A stretch of 64,000 nucleotides of DNA. It comes from Tricharina praecox. Taxonomy: Eukaryota. The position numbers and the translations under genes are program-made. This document shows, in pieces, positions 48,616-61,872 of this stretch. Where the stretch lies: contig NW_026250450.1 in assembly GCF_024521635.1 (NCBI RefSeq), positions 1 through 64,000 of the forward strand, given 5' to 3'. The notes below the pieces were generated by a model that saw nothing but the letters and a program-made list of their open reading frames with translations, did not search any database and had not been told where the DNA came from. Each line of letters opens with the position of its first letter. The stretch's first letter is position 1.

Positions 48616-51600
48616 ATGGCATCCACCGATAACCACACCCTCTACTACAAGTCGAACTACGGATCGATCAAAAAACCTACCGATTCGAACTATGCAACCT
48701 GGAAAGGTGACGCGACTGCCATCCTTATGTCCATGCGCGCCTTCAACATCGTCAAGTGAACCGAAGTCGAGCCCACAGTCAGCAACAGCGCAGTTGCGAG
48801 GGCTGCCCTGGAGAGCTACCAAGCGCGAAGAGCCCTGGCATTTACTCTCCTTCCTTTCTCCTGCAGCGACACTGTCGCAATCTACATCCACGACCTCCAG
48901 GACCCGGTAGAGATGTGGGAAATACTCAAGACGAAGCTCAACTCCTAGATTTTCTACATCAGCAGGATGGCACTCTACAACCAATTCCGAAATTCTCGGC
49001 CCAAAAGCCAAGGAGGCATTGGTGCATGCATAGCACATCTGCAAGCGATTCGGGTGCAACTTGCTGGGACAACGGAGGCAATCTCGACCCAGGCCCTCCA
49101 GAACCACATGTATTTCACCGCACCTGTCGCATTCAAGACCACCATTGCCATCCTAAAGAGAACCGAGAATGTGAGCATCGACAATATTACGAATTCCTTG
49201 ATCGAGATGGAGCTGGAGAATGCCTCCGAGGCCAGGATTGGCGACCCAAACCTGTCGCAGACATCAGGTGCGGGCCTTATTGCCCAAGGCAAGAGATTCG
49301 GAAACCGCGGAAGAGGTGGTAATGGTGGAAGGAACAAAGGAAAGGGACTAGGTGCGAAAACCCACCGACGCACCATCTGCAGGATGGATAAACACGCCAC
49401 CGAGAATTGCAGAAGACGTCAGAACTCCCCGAACCCCCCGAACCCCTCGAACTTACATATCCAAAGCTGGAAGCACGCGCGCAGCAATAGTGTACTCTGC
49501 TACCAATGCGGAGAAAATCGCCACCTCCGGAGGGACTGCCCCCTGAAAAAGCGAATCGATGAGATGATCACATGTCAGAAGGTTGGAGGGGCTTTATTGG
49601 CCAGCACCGAAACAGCTTTGATGCGTGTGAATTCCGATGATGAGAGGCTCGATTGACTATCAAACCGAACGACGGGGCTGGAGGACCAGCTGAGTGCTCT
49701 CCGACTAGGGCATTTTGCACTGGCCTCAGAAGCGATCCCGTCAACCTGGATAGTCGACTCTGGAGCCTCCCACCTCTTGTACAACGGCAGAGAAAGCGGC
49801 TTCATCTCTTACCACCAGCTAATGTGTCCGGTCGACATCAAACTCGGAGATGATACCTACGTCACCGCCACCCACCACGGTACTATTTCAGTTCAGAACT
49901 TTCATCTGGATGCCCTACATACACCCACCTTCAGATACTCCCTGCTCTCGGTGGGTGTTCTTGACAAACACGGTTACCACACTAACTTCGGCAACGGCAA
50001 ATGCGCAATTGTGGACCCGCAAACCACGGCGACACTGCGAGGTCACAAGAACGGCAATCTGTATCAAGTCAGCGCGCATACTTTGACAGCAAGCGGCCCA
50101 GACGCATTGATAACATCAACTGAGCCGCCACCACCGAGCCGCACACGGAGTCTCTCACCCGCCGAATCCAGGATGTGGCACCGGCGCCTCGCCCACCTGA
50201 ACAACGTCGCGATGAAGTTAGTAATCGAAGGCTACACGTATGAGGAGGGCAGATGTAAGATCTGTATCCTGGCCAAGTACGAGCGGAAAATCGTCCGGAT
50301 CCCAGTACAACGTACAAACACCCCATTTGAACTTGTACACTCAGACTTGTGCGGCCCTTTCAGCAAAAAGTCACTGGACGGCGCTATCTACTTCATAGCA
50401 TACATCGATGACTATAGCCGTCACACCTCAGTATACTTCCTGTCTGACAAGCGCTCGGAGTCCTGTACTGCAGTGTTTCAGGCATTCCAGGCCAAAGTCA
50501 ACAACTGGTGGTACGACATGAAGAGATTTCAGTCAGACAATGGAAGCGGCGAGTACAACAACCGATTCTTCCGAAGAATTCCCGCGCAGAGAGGTATTAG
50601 CTTTGAGCCGTCGCCGCCGTATACGCAGCATAAGAACGGTGTCGCGGAGCGGATGATTGGCACCCTCACTGAAAAAGTAAGAGCGATGATGTTAGACTCG
50701 CAGGCACCTATGCCGTTTTGGACGGAAGCCATCAACACCGCATGCTATCTACACGCCCGAACACCGAATTGAGCTCTTGACGGCAAAACACCATACGAGA
50801 TACTACGCCGGCACCGTCGTCTTCACAAGGCGAGATCCCAGGCAAGCGAAAGGGCTAGGGCGAAAGGGAAAGGGGTCGCCGGTGAAGATTCTGACGCGGA
50901 GTCTGACTCAGAAGAACCCGAAGCCCACGGTAACCCCGATAAACCTACACTCAACCACCTGCGCATATTTGGATGCATAGCATACAAGCGCATTCCAAAG
51001 GAGCAGCGAGTCGATTCCAAGATGGGGGCTCGCTCGAAGCCATGCATGATGGTGGGATACGCACACAACACCGCCAAACTCTGGAGGATTTGGCATCCTG
51101 AGTTCCAAAAAGTTCACAGGCATTCTGATGCCATATTCGATGAAGATCAGACCGCATATATGTCCTGTCAGAACAACGAGAACGATGCTCTTGGTTTACC
51201 GGAAGAAGAGCCGGTATATGCAGAAGAGTTGCAAGAACCATCACCACCACCGCAATCGTCAGAGTTGCAGAGTGCATCAGAAGCGCAGCCAACGCCACTT
51301 CCTGCGGAGGGACGCGAAAAGCCGGCTGCGCTGGCAACGACTCCTGACGAGGAAGTGACTGCCTCAGCAAACCGCACTCCTGACGGGGTAGCTGCTACTG
51401 CTGAACCACCACCACCACCACCACCACCACAGTCAGCGGCACCTCTGAGAAGGTTGACCAGAAGTCAGAGGCGGGTGGGAGGTCTCACCGCACTCGCCGC
51501 TGAAGCGCAAGTTGACGGCGATCCCTAGTCATATAGAGAGGCATTGAACAGCCCCCTGCACAGGCAGTGGAACATCGCAATGCAGCAAGAGTACGCGTCT

Positions 51601-53183
51601 CTACGAGAGAACCATACCTTTACACCTGTGGAGGAGTCGGTGATCCGAGGTTCAATGCCTGTTGGGTGCAAGTGGGTCTACAAGACGAAGAGGAACCCCG
51701 ATGGCTCTACCAGATACAAGGCAAGATTGGTTATCGAAGGCTACGAGCAGGTGCAAGGTATCGACTACGAGGAGACCTATGCTCCAGTTGGTGAACTAAC
51801 CACCCTACGATACCTGCTAAGTTCCGCAGCACAGAATGGGTGGAAAATCGATCACCTAGACGTTGTCACCGCGTTCCTCAACCCAGAAATCGACACGGAG
51901 GTCTATATGCAACTTCCAGATGGTGTTGAGTGGCTCGAGTCGACAACCGTCGCAACCACGCCTACCGGCTTCCTACGGCTGAAAAACCCCTTGTACAGTC
52001 TGACGCAAGCCCCGAAGCTCTAGTACGATACTATCAACGGTTTCCTACTGTCGCTCGGATTCGTCACACCTGAAGTCGACAAAAACCTCTGTATCCGGAA
52101 TACTGGGGCCATGATAATGCTCTATGTGGACGACATCCTCATTGTGGCACTCGGTTTCGGCATCGGCGTTAGATGTCGGGGGCGCTTTGATGCAGCAATA
52201 CAAGATGACAAACCCCGGGCCGGTGAAGCTGTTCCTAGGCATTGTGATTGACCGGCGGCCCGATGAATCGATTGCTATCCACCAGCAGCCGTACATCAAC
52301 ACAATTGTCAGACGGTTCGGCATGGAAAACGCAAACACGGAACCGACACCACTGCACGACGAGACCAGACTTGACATCGCCACAGACGAGGTGGAATCCG
52401 CGGCGGATCAACTCCAGTACCAACGCATCACCGGGAGCCTCGCATGCGCTGCCATCGCAACGCAGCCTGATATCGCATTCGCAGTATCGGCTCTGTGTGG
52501 CTACAATGCGAAACCATACGCAACACACATGACGGCTGCGAAACGGGTCCTCCAGTACCTCAAAGGCACTGCAGCGGTAAGCCTTGTCTTTCCAGGAAAT
52601 GCCTCGACGCCAGCCCTCATTGGCTATACCGACTCGGGTTGAGCAGGCGACCGCGCCGACCGGAAGTCCCAAGGCGGCTATGTATTCCAAGCATACAACG
52701 GGCCGGTGTCCTGGCAAACCAAGAAGCAGACATTGGTTGCTCTGTCGACCACAGAAGCCGAATATGTGGCATGCTCCGACGCAACCCGAGAAGATAGATC
52801 CCTGGCGCAGCTCCACGAAGCAGTCACCGGCGAAGCATCGGTCCGGTACTAATACTCAGCGATTCGAGCGGCGCACTGAAAAACATTCATTCAGGAGTCT
52901 CCGGACCGCAGACGAAGCACATAAGTACCCAGTTTCACAACAGCCGAGAACTTCAAAAAAGGGCACCGTTGACTTCTCATACATCTCAATACCTGAGAAC
53001 ATGGCCGACATCATGACGAAAGCCCTCCCGCGAGAAAAATACCAACAATTTGCCAAAGGTATTGGTCTACATGCACAAGGCAATACCTCGCGAGGCCCCG
53101 GTACCGGTCCCTCGCCCGGCGGCCCCTCGCCAGGTGGCCCCTCGCCCGGCCCCGGCAGCGGCCCCAGCGCCGCTACCTTTTGA
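48616..53183 (+). pseudogene. Copia gag-pol polyprotein, disrupted
   Basis: Gag SNYATWK and zinc knuckle CYQCGENRHLRRDC; protease WIVDSGASH; WHRRLAHLN..CKIC; integrase VHSDLCGP/DDYSR/SDNGSGEY/NGVAER; RT YKARLV/LDVVTAFLN/LYVDDILI; RNase H GYTDSG*AGD/LSTTEAEY/NMADIMTKAL. Stops at ~48757, 50770, 51526, 52021 and 52640, plus frameshifts. Confidence 0.95.
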
Positions 53184-53381
53184 CAAAGCCTGTACTGTGT
53201 TTTTGGATTTTCAGCGAGTTGGTACTCTTTCCCTAGGCAGGTTTCTCCCACAGGGTTTACTGCATAGGTTTTTAATGAGGCTAACGGGAATTTTCATTGT
53301 CTTCAATGTTTTCATTGTTTTCACTGTTTTTGATGCTTCTCACATTTTCCTTGCCTCGTTCGATGCTTGACAGTAGGCAAC

Positions 53382-53392
53382 AAGAGGGGAAG
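53382..53392 (+). promoter_or_regulatory. Polypurine tract
   Basis: AAGAGGGGAAG immediately 5' of the 3' LTR. Confidence 0.85.
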
Positions 53393-53537
53393 TGTTGCAA
53401 TATCTGTCTAGTTTAGTCATGGTGGAAGGCACGGGCCTTTACCCCTATTCTCATATTTTCTGTTCTCTCCAGGCTACAGCCTTACACTTCAATGCAAAAC
53501 TGTTCACCGACACATATCTTACTCTATCATTTCAACA
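53393..53537 (+). repeat. 3' LTR (145 bp)
   Basis: TGTTGCAATA...ATTTCAACA followed by the TSD AAGTC. Confidence 0.95.
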
Positions 53538-54900
53538 AAGTCATCGCTCGAAAACCCGAGTGATATCCCTTGCCCTTCATGAATCGGTAATGCACGTGGG
53601 ATATGAGAGTTTCCGTATTCATTGCTCTCTGTTCTATTATTCGCATTGCTATCCTCCATCTGTGTATCTGTTGGCAATACAATGTCCCTCCCCTTGATTG
53701 CTCGTCATCGCTAGCTCATACAGAGCGCTCTGATGACTATCAAACCGAGCCACCCAGTTCTTGTTATGTTAACTTGTGATGATTCATGCACGAGTGTACC
53801 TATTGTATGAGAGATTCTTCAGCCTCGAAAGAAGAGAAAAGATAGGTGTTACTGTAGTAGGCCAATGCCTTCCTCCATCATGACTAGCTGAGCAACTAAG
53901 CTACGAACGACTGGATATTACAATTTACAACCACGTACTCGCGGGAAAACGTGAGTGATATCTCATGTGGGTGCATTATGCATGAATTCTCGCGATGCAC
54001 ATGCACATGAGCTATGCTAGTTAGAGGTTGTACTAAAGTAGCCAGTGCCTCCCGCTGTCCTGACAGACCACCCAACGAACGAGATATCAAAAGTTTTTTG
54101 TCTGTTTTTTTTCTTTTCTTTTTTCCGTGCGAGAAAGGCGAGTGATAACCTATGTCTACACTTGCATCCGGCAATTCACGTAGGATATATCATATTAGAG
54201 TTTCCGTATTCATTGCTCACGGTTGTATTACCTATCCTCATTGTCGTCCTTCATCTGTCTATCTACCAGGAATACATTCCCTCCCCCTACTTGGGCATCA
54301 TCGTCTACTCATACAGAGCGCTCGTACAACTTACCAACCGAACTGCTCAGTTCTAGTTGTGGTGGATCATTGGATGGTGATGAATCCTGACCGCGCACCT
54401 ACGTTCATGAGAGTCTCAAGCCTCAAGAGAAGACACAGCAAGAGGCGTATTAGACCAGAACCTTCTACCGTCATGACTGACTATGCGAGCAACTAAGCAA
54501 TAACGATTGGATATTACAATTTACAATCCACACGAATGTACTCGCACGAAAAGCGAGTGATATTCATGTCCAGATGTGAATCCTCAATGTGTGAGGACAT
54601 GAGAGTTTCCGTATAATGTACTATATTCGCTGCTCGGTTCAACTAGTATCACTGTAGTCGTCTATTTGTTGTCGTCTATCTGCCGTTCTCTATCTGCTCG
54701 GAATACAGTCACCCCCGCCCACCACCCCAGCCCCCCTCCCCTACCTCCTTGCGCATCTTCGTCCGCTCATCATCGTCCATTCATCCGTAGCAGGCCTACA
54801 ACATGCCCGGCGGCCCGCCTATCCCCACACCGTATGCCCCACATAGGCCGCTTGTATCCGCTTGTAGGTAAACGTCAGACGTCTGGACCCTTTCATACCC

Positions 54901-54960
54901 TTTTCACAACCTTTCACAACCTTTCACAACCTTTCACAACCTTTCAAAACCTTTCACAAT
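54901..54960. repeat. 10-bp tandem repeat (CTTTCACAAC) x6
   Basis: Read directly from the sequence, with minor variants. Confidence 0.9.
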
Positions 54961-55437
54961 CTTCAAAGAAATGTATAGGTACAGCAGATCCAGATATTAC
55001 CCCTAACCGTCCATCACCCCAGTGTCCACCACCTTCACACATCCTAGCCTTCACGCATCCCCGTATTTCTGGATTCCCACAGTGAAGTCTACCCGCTCAT
55101 ATGTAGGTACTAGTAGGTACAATCCCATATCCATTGCCATTCCCCTCTCATTCCCGTCCCATCCATTCCCATTGCCATTCCCCTCCCTCCCTCCCTCCCA
55201 CAGGCATCAATCCGAACAATCAAAAAGAAAAAAACGCAGAACCCCGATCCAATCCGTAGCCTGTAGGTACAGAACCGACCGACCGACCGGCCGACCCAAA
55301 AACACGCAGCAGAGAAGAAAAACATCAAAAAGCCTGAAAAGTCTGAACCTTAAACTTCGAAGAGAATGGACATTGAACATTGAACATTGTAAGTAGTAGC
55401 GCGCAGAAGTAGAAAAAACGGCATCCCAACACCCCCT

Positions 55438-57958
55438 TCACTCAAACCCAGCGCCCCTATTCCAATCCTGCCTCTGCCCGTGCCCCTGCCCCTGCGCCCC
55501 CCGCTCACGGTCGTCATACATCGCCGCGCTCGGCGGCGCAAAGACGCTCTCGACCCTTCCCTCTCTCCCATCCCTCCCCTCTCTCCCCGTCCCTCCCGTC
55601 GCCGTAGTCGTCATGGTACCCGTCCTCCTGCTCCCCCTTGAGCTCTGCATACTCGGTCTTTCACTCAACGCGCTGACGACACTCGGACTGCCCCTTCTCG
55701 TACCCTGCCCCATCGCACCCTGGCCCTGGTTGGTGGGGGCATCAAAAGCGGCCGACCTCCCCCCCTCCGACCATACCGGCTGCGGACTGCGCTGCTCGCG
55801 AATGCTCATGCCCCTGTCTATGCCGACTGCGCGCTCGGACTCTGCATCGATATCGCGATCGCCACGGTCGCCGCGGAGGGAAAGGTCGTGGAGTGAGTGT
55901 GCCTGCTGCTGCTGCTGCTGGTGCGAGTGCGCGCCGTGGGATGGTGGGAGTGTGGGATCCGCGTCGAGGTCGCGCGGCGACTTCTTCTCGTCCTGGGGGA
56001 GGGCGTTTGCGCCGCGGTAGCGGGCCTCTGGGTTTTTCGAAAAGAGGGCGAAACCGACTGCGACGAGGAGGAGCACTAAAAGCACGAGTGCGAACACCGC
56101 GTTCATGATGAAGAAGATCACGCCCATGATCCCGGGGACCATGTCCGGGGCTTTTGTTACGCCCGAGAAGACCATGACCAAGATGCTGTTCAGGAAGTTG
56201 ATCGATGCGATGCCGATGTTGACGATGTTGGTGCGCCGGTCGAGGAAAGGGCGCAGGTAGCACACGACGATGAGGTAGACGAGTTCGATGACTAGGATGA
56301 TCAGTGATTGGGCGACGCCGGCGTCTTGCGCGAACGCGATGACGATGGCTTTGGACATGATGTAGAGCAGCAGAGGCACGATGTGGTAGTAGCGCTCGGT
56401 GCGGAATTGGACGTAGAGGTAGCCCCAGCGGTTGAGGGCGGCAGGGTCCGAGTAGAGCGTGTAGGCGGGGCCGAGCGTGGGATCGAGGACCGACGAGTGT
56501 TTGCCGATCGTGAGGATCTTGTAGCAGGCCCAGCCGAGCGTGCCAGCCATGAAGAGGAAGAAGAAGACGGCCAGCACGACGACAGCGGGTGAATCCCGAT
56601 GGGTAAGTTCCCAGAGACTGAGGAGGGCCTTTGAACGTCAGCATCATTCACGTAGGTGGAAGAGAAGAAAAATACCATCTGAGGGAACCCAATCAGGACG
56701 ACACGGTACATGATGCCCTTGAGCACGACGAGCCACTTCAACCTGAACTCGCGGAACCGATCATTCTTGACGAGGCCGGTAGCACACAGCAGTCTGAAGC
56801 CTCCGACGAGCAACACGACCAACACGCAGAACGCGACAAAGAAGCTCATTCCCGTCAAGAAAAAGTTTGTGCTCTCGATGGTGGCCTTGTAGCTCATGCG
56901 TTCTATACCGGTGACACGGACGACCTCCGTCGTCTCGGCGAGCGCATCGTTGTTACTCCGCGCGACGATATTACTTCTGCTCTCGACCTCGGCGAATCCG
57001 TAGGCGGCGGCACGGCTCGTGAGGTATTTCGATGCCTCGAGCGAGCGCTTCGCGATCTGCACCGAGACCGACTCCTGCTGTCTAAACAGATTCGCCGGCT
57101 TGCCCTTGGTGGCCTGGACGTACCAGTGAAAGATCCGCTGCATGAAGTTGATGTTGATGATGCCGACGGCCCAGTCGTAGTTCTGCACCCAGGCGGCGGC
57201 GAGCGGGGGGAGGGGCACGGCCATCATGGCGATCATGGCCTGGGCCTGGAAGTAGCCGAAGATGGATAGCGCGTTGGCGGCGATGTGGGCGGCGGTGGAC
57301 GAGTAGCCCATTCCCGAGACGACTGCGGACGAGAGCAGACCGAGACCCGAGATCAAGGCGGAAGCCCAGCCGACGCCCGCTTGCTCGACCGTCTGTCCGT
57401 TCGATAGCGGCGCTTCAACGCATGCTACCACTTTGCCGCTCGCGCGCTCGACAACTTCCATCCGCGCTATGCCGTCGAGGTCGGGAATCTTGTAGGCGAT
57501 CACTAGTCCACGTTAGCCCGCCATCTGACTGCATCCCAACCAATCCGATCGCATTCCAGCCCCCCCCGACGTGCGCGAATAGCTGACTCACCAGGAATCT
57601 GATCGACAGTCGCCTTCTCGACGGTCTGCTGAAAGTTGAGGTCGAGCGGCAGCAGAGTCATCGGACACATGGCGCGCAGGCCGTCGGTCGAGCACGGATC
57701 GAGCTCCTGCGACATGACGGGAAATCCGTATGCGAGCACCGTCACCTTCGCCAGCATGTCGCCGATGATGGTCGAGCCGCCCTTGATCTGGATTTTGAGC
57801 TGGCCGTCGTCGGGCGTGAACGAGACGTTGAAGAGCGTGGCTGAGAAGCCCGAGCGATCCATGCATGGTGCCAGCGACGTCGAGCGGAGGATGTTGAGCG
57901 CCGCGACGGCGGGCGCGAACACCGTGAGGGCCCCCAGTAATGGGGGTATGAACTTCAT
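55438..57958 (-). CDS. FLC/PKD2-family (TRP-like, flavin carrier) multi-pass membrane protein, ~794 aa; exons 57958-57592, 57502-56676 and 56628-55438
   Basis: Signal peptide and ML-like domain (SLAPCMDRSGFSATLFNVSFTP, LDPC..MCP, IAYKIPDLDG, ACVEAPLSNGQTV). TRP-like region (YFQAQAMIAMMAVPLPP, FMQRIFHWY, STNFFLTG, LYSDP..LNRWGYLYVQFR, RPFLDRRTN). Introns 57591-57503 and 56675-56629 restore a continuous frame. Confidence 0.93.
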
Positions 57959-58727
57959 GGCTGTGTGGAGGTGTTGTGGTTGTTGTGGTTGTTTCTGTTG
58001 TTGGTTTAGGACGGTGGGAGTTGTTGTGGGAGTAGAGGGCCGGTAAGGTTGTTCGGTCGAGGACCCCTTCCTTCGCTTGGGGGATGCCGGCAATCAGCGG
58101 ATCCGGTAGAATGAGGGAGCAGGTACGGACGGTCGCGGGTAATGTGGTGGTTCGAGGGGAGAGAGTCGAGTATTGCTGATTCGTATGAGTCGGCTTATTC
58201 TTCAGCGATCATTTGGAGTCGTAAAAGTGGCGAGAAGGTGAAGGGAGCGACAGTTGCGGGGGGAGATGGTTAGATGGTTAGATGGATGAGGGTTGCGGTT
58301 TCATCAAGGCGGCACTCCAAACGAGTGTGGTGGTGAATGACAGAAAATTCAGGTCGCGAGCAGACGCATTCAAGTCGAGCGATGGACGAAGGAAAGAAAG
58401 GAAGGAAGGAAGAACAGCGAGCCAGCGAGATGGAAACGAAACGGATGACACGGCGGGCGGGGGCGGAGGCGGCGAAGTGAGAGTCCGCTTAGTAGTAGGT
58501 GTCGAAGTGGTGGGAGAGCCTGAAGAGTTCTGAGTGGTGGGCCTTGAACTTTGCTGTAACGAGCGTGACTTTCCTTCTTTTTCTTTTCTTTTCTTTTCTT
58601 TTCTCGTGTATGTCTTAGACTCGTCCGCGTCTTCGTTCCTTCCCGTCGCTGATGAAGATGGTGATGATGATGATGATGAAACACTCAGCGACGGTTGCAA
58701 GAAAATGCGCACGAAATGGGGCTCGTC

Positions 58728-58755
58728 GGGGGGGGGGGGGGGGGGGGGGGGGGGG
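58728..58755. repeat. G28 homopolymer upstream of the FLC gene
   Basis: 28 consecutive G. Confidence 0.9.
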
Positions 58756-60122
58756 TTGAAAAGGGAAAACAGAGGGAAACTCAAAGAGCGAGAGAAAGAA
58801 GGAAGGAAAGAAGCAAGCAAGAAGCAGGCAGGCAGGGGCCAAGGCAGCTGTTCTCAGCTCAGGAACAACAAGATCAAGGCGTTGCTTCACACCACCAAAA
58901 ACGAAAAACGAACGTCCATCCCATCCCATCCGGAATTCCAGAATTCTGCCCGCCATCAGCCCCGAAACAGTCGCCTGCCACATCCGGGCAATTAGGTGTG
59001 ATCCTTGCTCCAGCCATTCCTCATCGGTCAATTAGCTGTCATCCTTGCTACGGCGATTCCTCATCGGTCAATTAGCTGTCATCGAGTCACCCACTGTCCT
59101 CAAAGCGGCCATTTAGCTTCCTTAAGCCACCCCCCGATGTGGGTCATTCACCCCTGCCTAGCATGCAGATTGTCGCCTCGGATCAGCCCTCCGCAGGCTC
59201 CGCTGAGTCCGCCCCGTCATGAAAAAAAAACGCTGCTGGGTATCGACCGTGCTATTTTTATCCGCAGCCCAGCCCATCCTTCCAAGTTCCGCAGCCAGCC
59301 AGCTCCACAACGTTAGCCTGTCAAAGCTTGATGGAAACAAGACGATCGTGGCCGCGCACGAGACGAGACGAGTCGCGTCCGAGAGCCAGAGGTGGAGAGA
59401 GAGCCAGCGCGCTCGCTTACGACAGCCGAACAGCACTGCCACCTCCACGACTGACTTTCTTCACGATCCCCTCCTCTCGACTCTCGAGAACCCCCAGCGA
59501 GAGGGGAATATACATCCACTTTCGTTTTCCTCGAGAAAAATCCACCTCCCGCATGCGATTCATCATCACCAGATTCATCCGTCGTTTCCCTCCCAGGTCC
59601 CTTGCATAATACCTGGGCTGGCGGAGACTAAGCCGCATGCGACTAGCGCTGATGTGTGTGCAGCCGTCGCGAAAGAGAAGGGAGAAAGAGGAGGAATTTG
59701 GAAGGAAAAGATCTCGGCGGAGAGGGAAATGAAGGAATGCAGGGGACGGGGTTTTCACGTGCGCTGAGGATGGAAATAGGGAGGCCGACAGACGGGAGAG
59801 ACGGGTGTATATGTACCCCATACTGTCACCGGCGACCACGGATCTCGCGGCGGCGCCGATGCCTATCGCCTAATGTTATCTGCCTGCCTGCGACGGCCGC
59901 AGCGGCAGCGGACGCACGCGGGAATGTGTCGAACCCCCCATCCTCCACCGTTGCGATCGAAACCTGGCCACTCGAGTTCCACCGGCGTTTGGGCTTGTCC
60001 GGAGCTACATAGAGTGCATACGAGAGGGCCGGTTTGACTTGGCACGGGTGATGCTCGGGCCGGTACCGGTATTTATCCGGGTCGAGGCCAGTGCCCTAGC
60101 GGCAGGCGACAGGCCGAGACAT

Positions 60123-60210
60123 GGCAGCCGAGATTCCGAGACTTGGCAGCCGAGATTCCGAGACTTGGCAGCCGAGATTCCGAGACTGGGCAGCCGAGAT
60201 TCCGAGACTT
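60123..60210. repeat. 22-bp tandem repeat x4
   Basis: GGCAGCCGAGATTCCGAGACTT at 60123, 60145, 60167 (one variant base) and 60189. Confidence 0.95.
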
Positions 60211-61737
60211 GTCTGCCGGGAGAGAGGGTGAGGATTCGACTTTCGACTTGCGAGTGCGTGGAACTGGAGATCTTGAAGGATAATGGACCCAGACGTGTAA
60301 AGTACGGTACGGTATTGATACCGGGGGTGGGGAAAGCGGTGGGATTGATGAATCCAAGCTTAGGATCTAACGACGGGAACTACTCTAGGCACTCTACTCC
60401 ACATACTCCAGTTACGATACGATACTGACTGTCTAAAGGCGCAGGGGAGATATTCAGAGGACTTAATCACCTCCCCGGTACTGGAATTCCCGTGATTACA
60501 TACTCTACTCGCACATGTCCGGACGTGGACGGACCTGTGCGACCTCCACCGGCCAGGGGCTTGAATCGACAGTGGCTGCGCCCCACTCTCCCCGGTCGCG
60601 GGATGCGCTGAAATAGATTACCACCTGAGTTGCTGTTGGGTACCTGCCACCTGAACGGATCGTGGATCACGCTCAGGAGGCTCGAGAGAGGGCGAGTCAA
60701 ACGGGAGTCGGGAGTCGCGTGTCGGCTGTCGTATTCGTTCATGAAGAATCCGAGATGTCGAGACTCGAGGCTCGAGCACGCGAAGGGCTGCAACTTGGAA
60801 GCCGGGAACGAGCGGGCTCATGGACTTATGCAGCAGGGAGCAATGGAGACAAGCCCTGGACACGCAGTGTAATCCATCTACTCTAGGTGTACATCGTCAG
60901 CGCAGTCATACTGTCGTCGTGGTGGGGTAAATACATAGCAATACATGGCGGCTTCCGGCTATGACCCATGCGGTCTCACTCGTCAGTTGTGCGCGGTGTT
61001 TTTTCTTCTTTTGTTCTTTTGTTCGAGTACCTCGTAAATCATACGAGCGGTGGTCGCTATCGTCAAGAGTAGTAGGTACTACTAGTGGTAGGGCCTTATG
61101 CGATGATATATCAATGTTGTCAGTCGCTTGCGGGCGGTGGTTACAGTACTGCGAGTCTGCGATAGCCATCCATGACTGTATCATACGCGAGATGATGGAG
61201 CGAAATATTCCGATCGAGCTGAAGTGCGCAATCTTCCCCGAATAGCTATGAGCGGCCCGCTGAAGATATTCCCCGCTCATCGCTGTCGGAAGTTGTTCAA
61301 AAGGCAAACAGCACCCCGATCATCGATGAGTTCCATTACTGCGCCGCGCGCGTGGTCACTGCGCAGTGCGGCCAGGAGAACCTCGTACCAGCTGTGCCAT
61401 ACCTTGGCAGGTCAACTGCTCAATAGGCAACTTGCCTATGGCGAACCAACGAACTCGTTTTCCTGTCCGCAGCCTATCTGGACTATGGCGAACCAACGAA
61501 CTCGTCTTCCTGCCCGCACCCCAATCGAGGTGAAAGCCCCGGTGCCGACCAGTCCGGTGCCGACCAGTCCGGTGCCGACCAGTCCGGTGCGGCGCCTCAC
61601 TTCCCGTCCGCCTCGGGCCGACAAAGGCAAAAGTAGATTGACAGCAAAGACCGGTATGGGCCTACATGCTCGCTCCTCCTGCTGCCCACTCGCCTCTCTC
61701 CCCCGTGTTCTTCCGCATTTCCGCTCCAAGAAGATAT

Positions 61738-61872
61738 CACCGCATATCCTCTTCTCCTACTTCCTCGCACCGGCCGCAGACACAGCACCCTGCTGGGCAC
61801 TCTTGCTCTCCCCCTGATGCGATGCTTGATGCTTGACTCCTCATCCTCCTCGTCCTCCAGGTCTGGTGGAGC
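61738..61872. repeat. Dispersed ~130-bp repeat, copy 2 (copy 1 at ~40180-40310)
   Basis: Same sequence blocks as copy 1. Confidence 0.8.

Larger units (their letters stand above)
48355..53537 (+). mobile_element. Full-length Ty1/copia LTR retrotransposon (inactivated)
   Basis: Two 145-bp TG..CA LTRs; 5-bp TSD AAGTC (48350-48354 and 53538-53542); PBS; PPT; domain order gag-PR-IN-RT-RH. Confidence 0.97.
47950..54710. repeat. Degenerate ~300-400-bp tandem array split by the copia insertion (47950-48349 and 53543-54710)
   Basis: AGAGTTTC..TAT(T)CATTGCTC-type motif at ~48131, ~53605, ~54197 and, more diverged, ~54601. GAGTGATA, AGCCTC.A.AGAAGA, TCATGACT..GCAACTAAGC and GGATATTACAATTTACAA recur in the same order. 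Confidence 0.75.

Noticed and set aside
54901..54960. CTTTCACAAC array as an interstitial telomere
   Set aside because: Does not match TTAGGG or another telomeric unit I recognise
60123..60210. Short regular repeats here and at 41733-41824 as CRISPR-like arrays
   Set aside because: Head-to-tail units with no spacers, no cas genes, and a eukaryotic context
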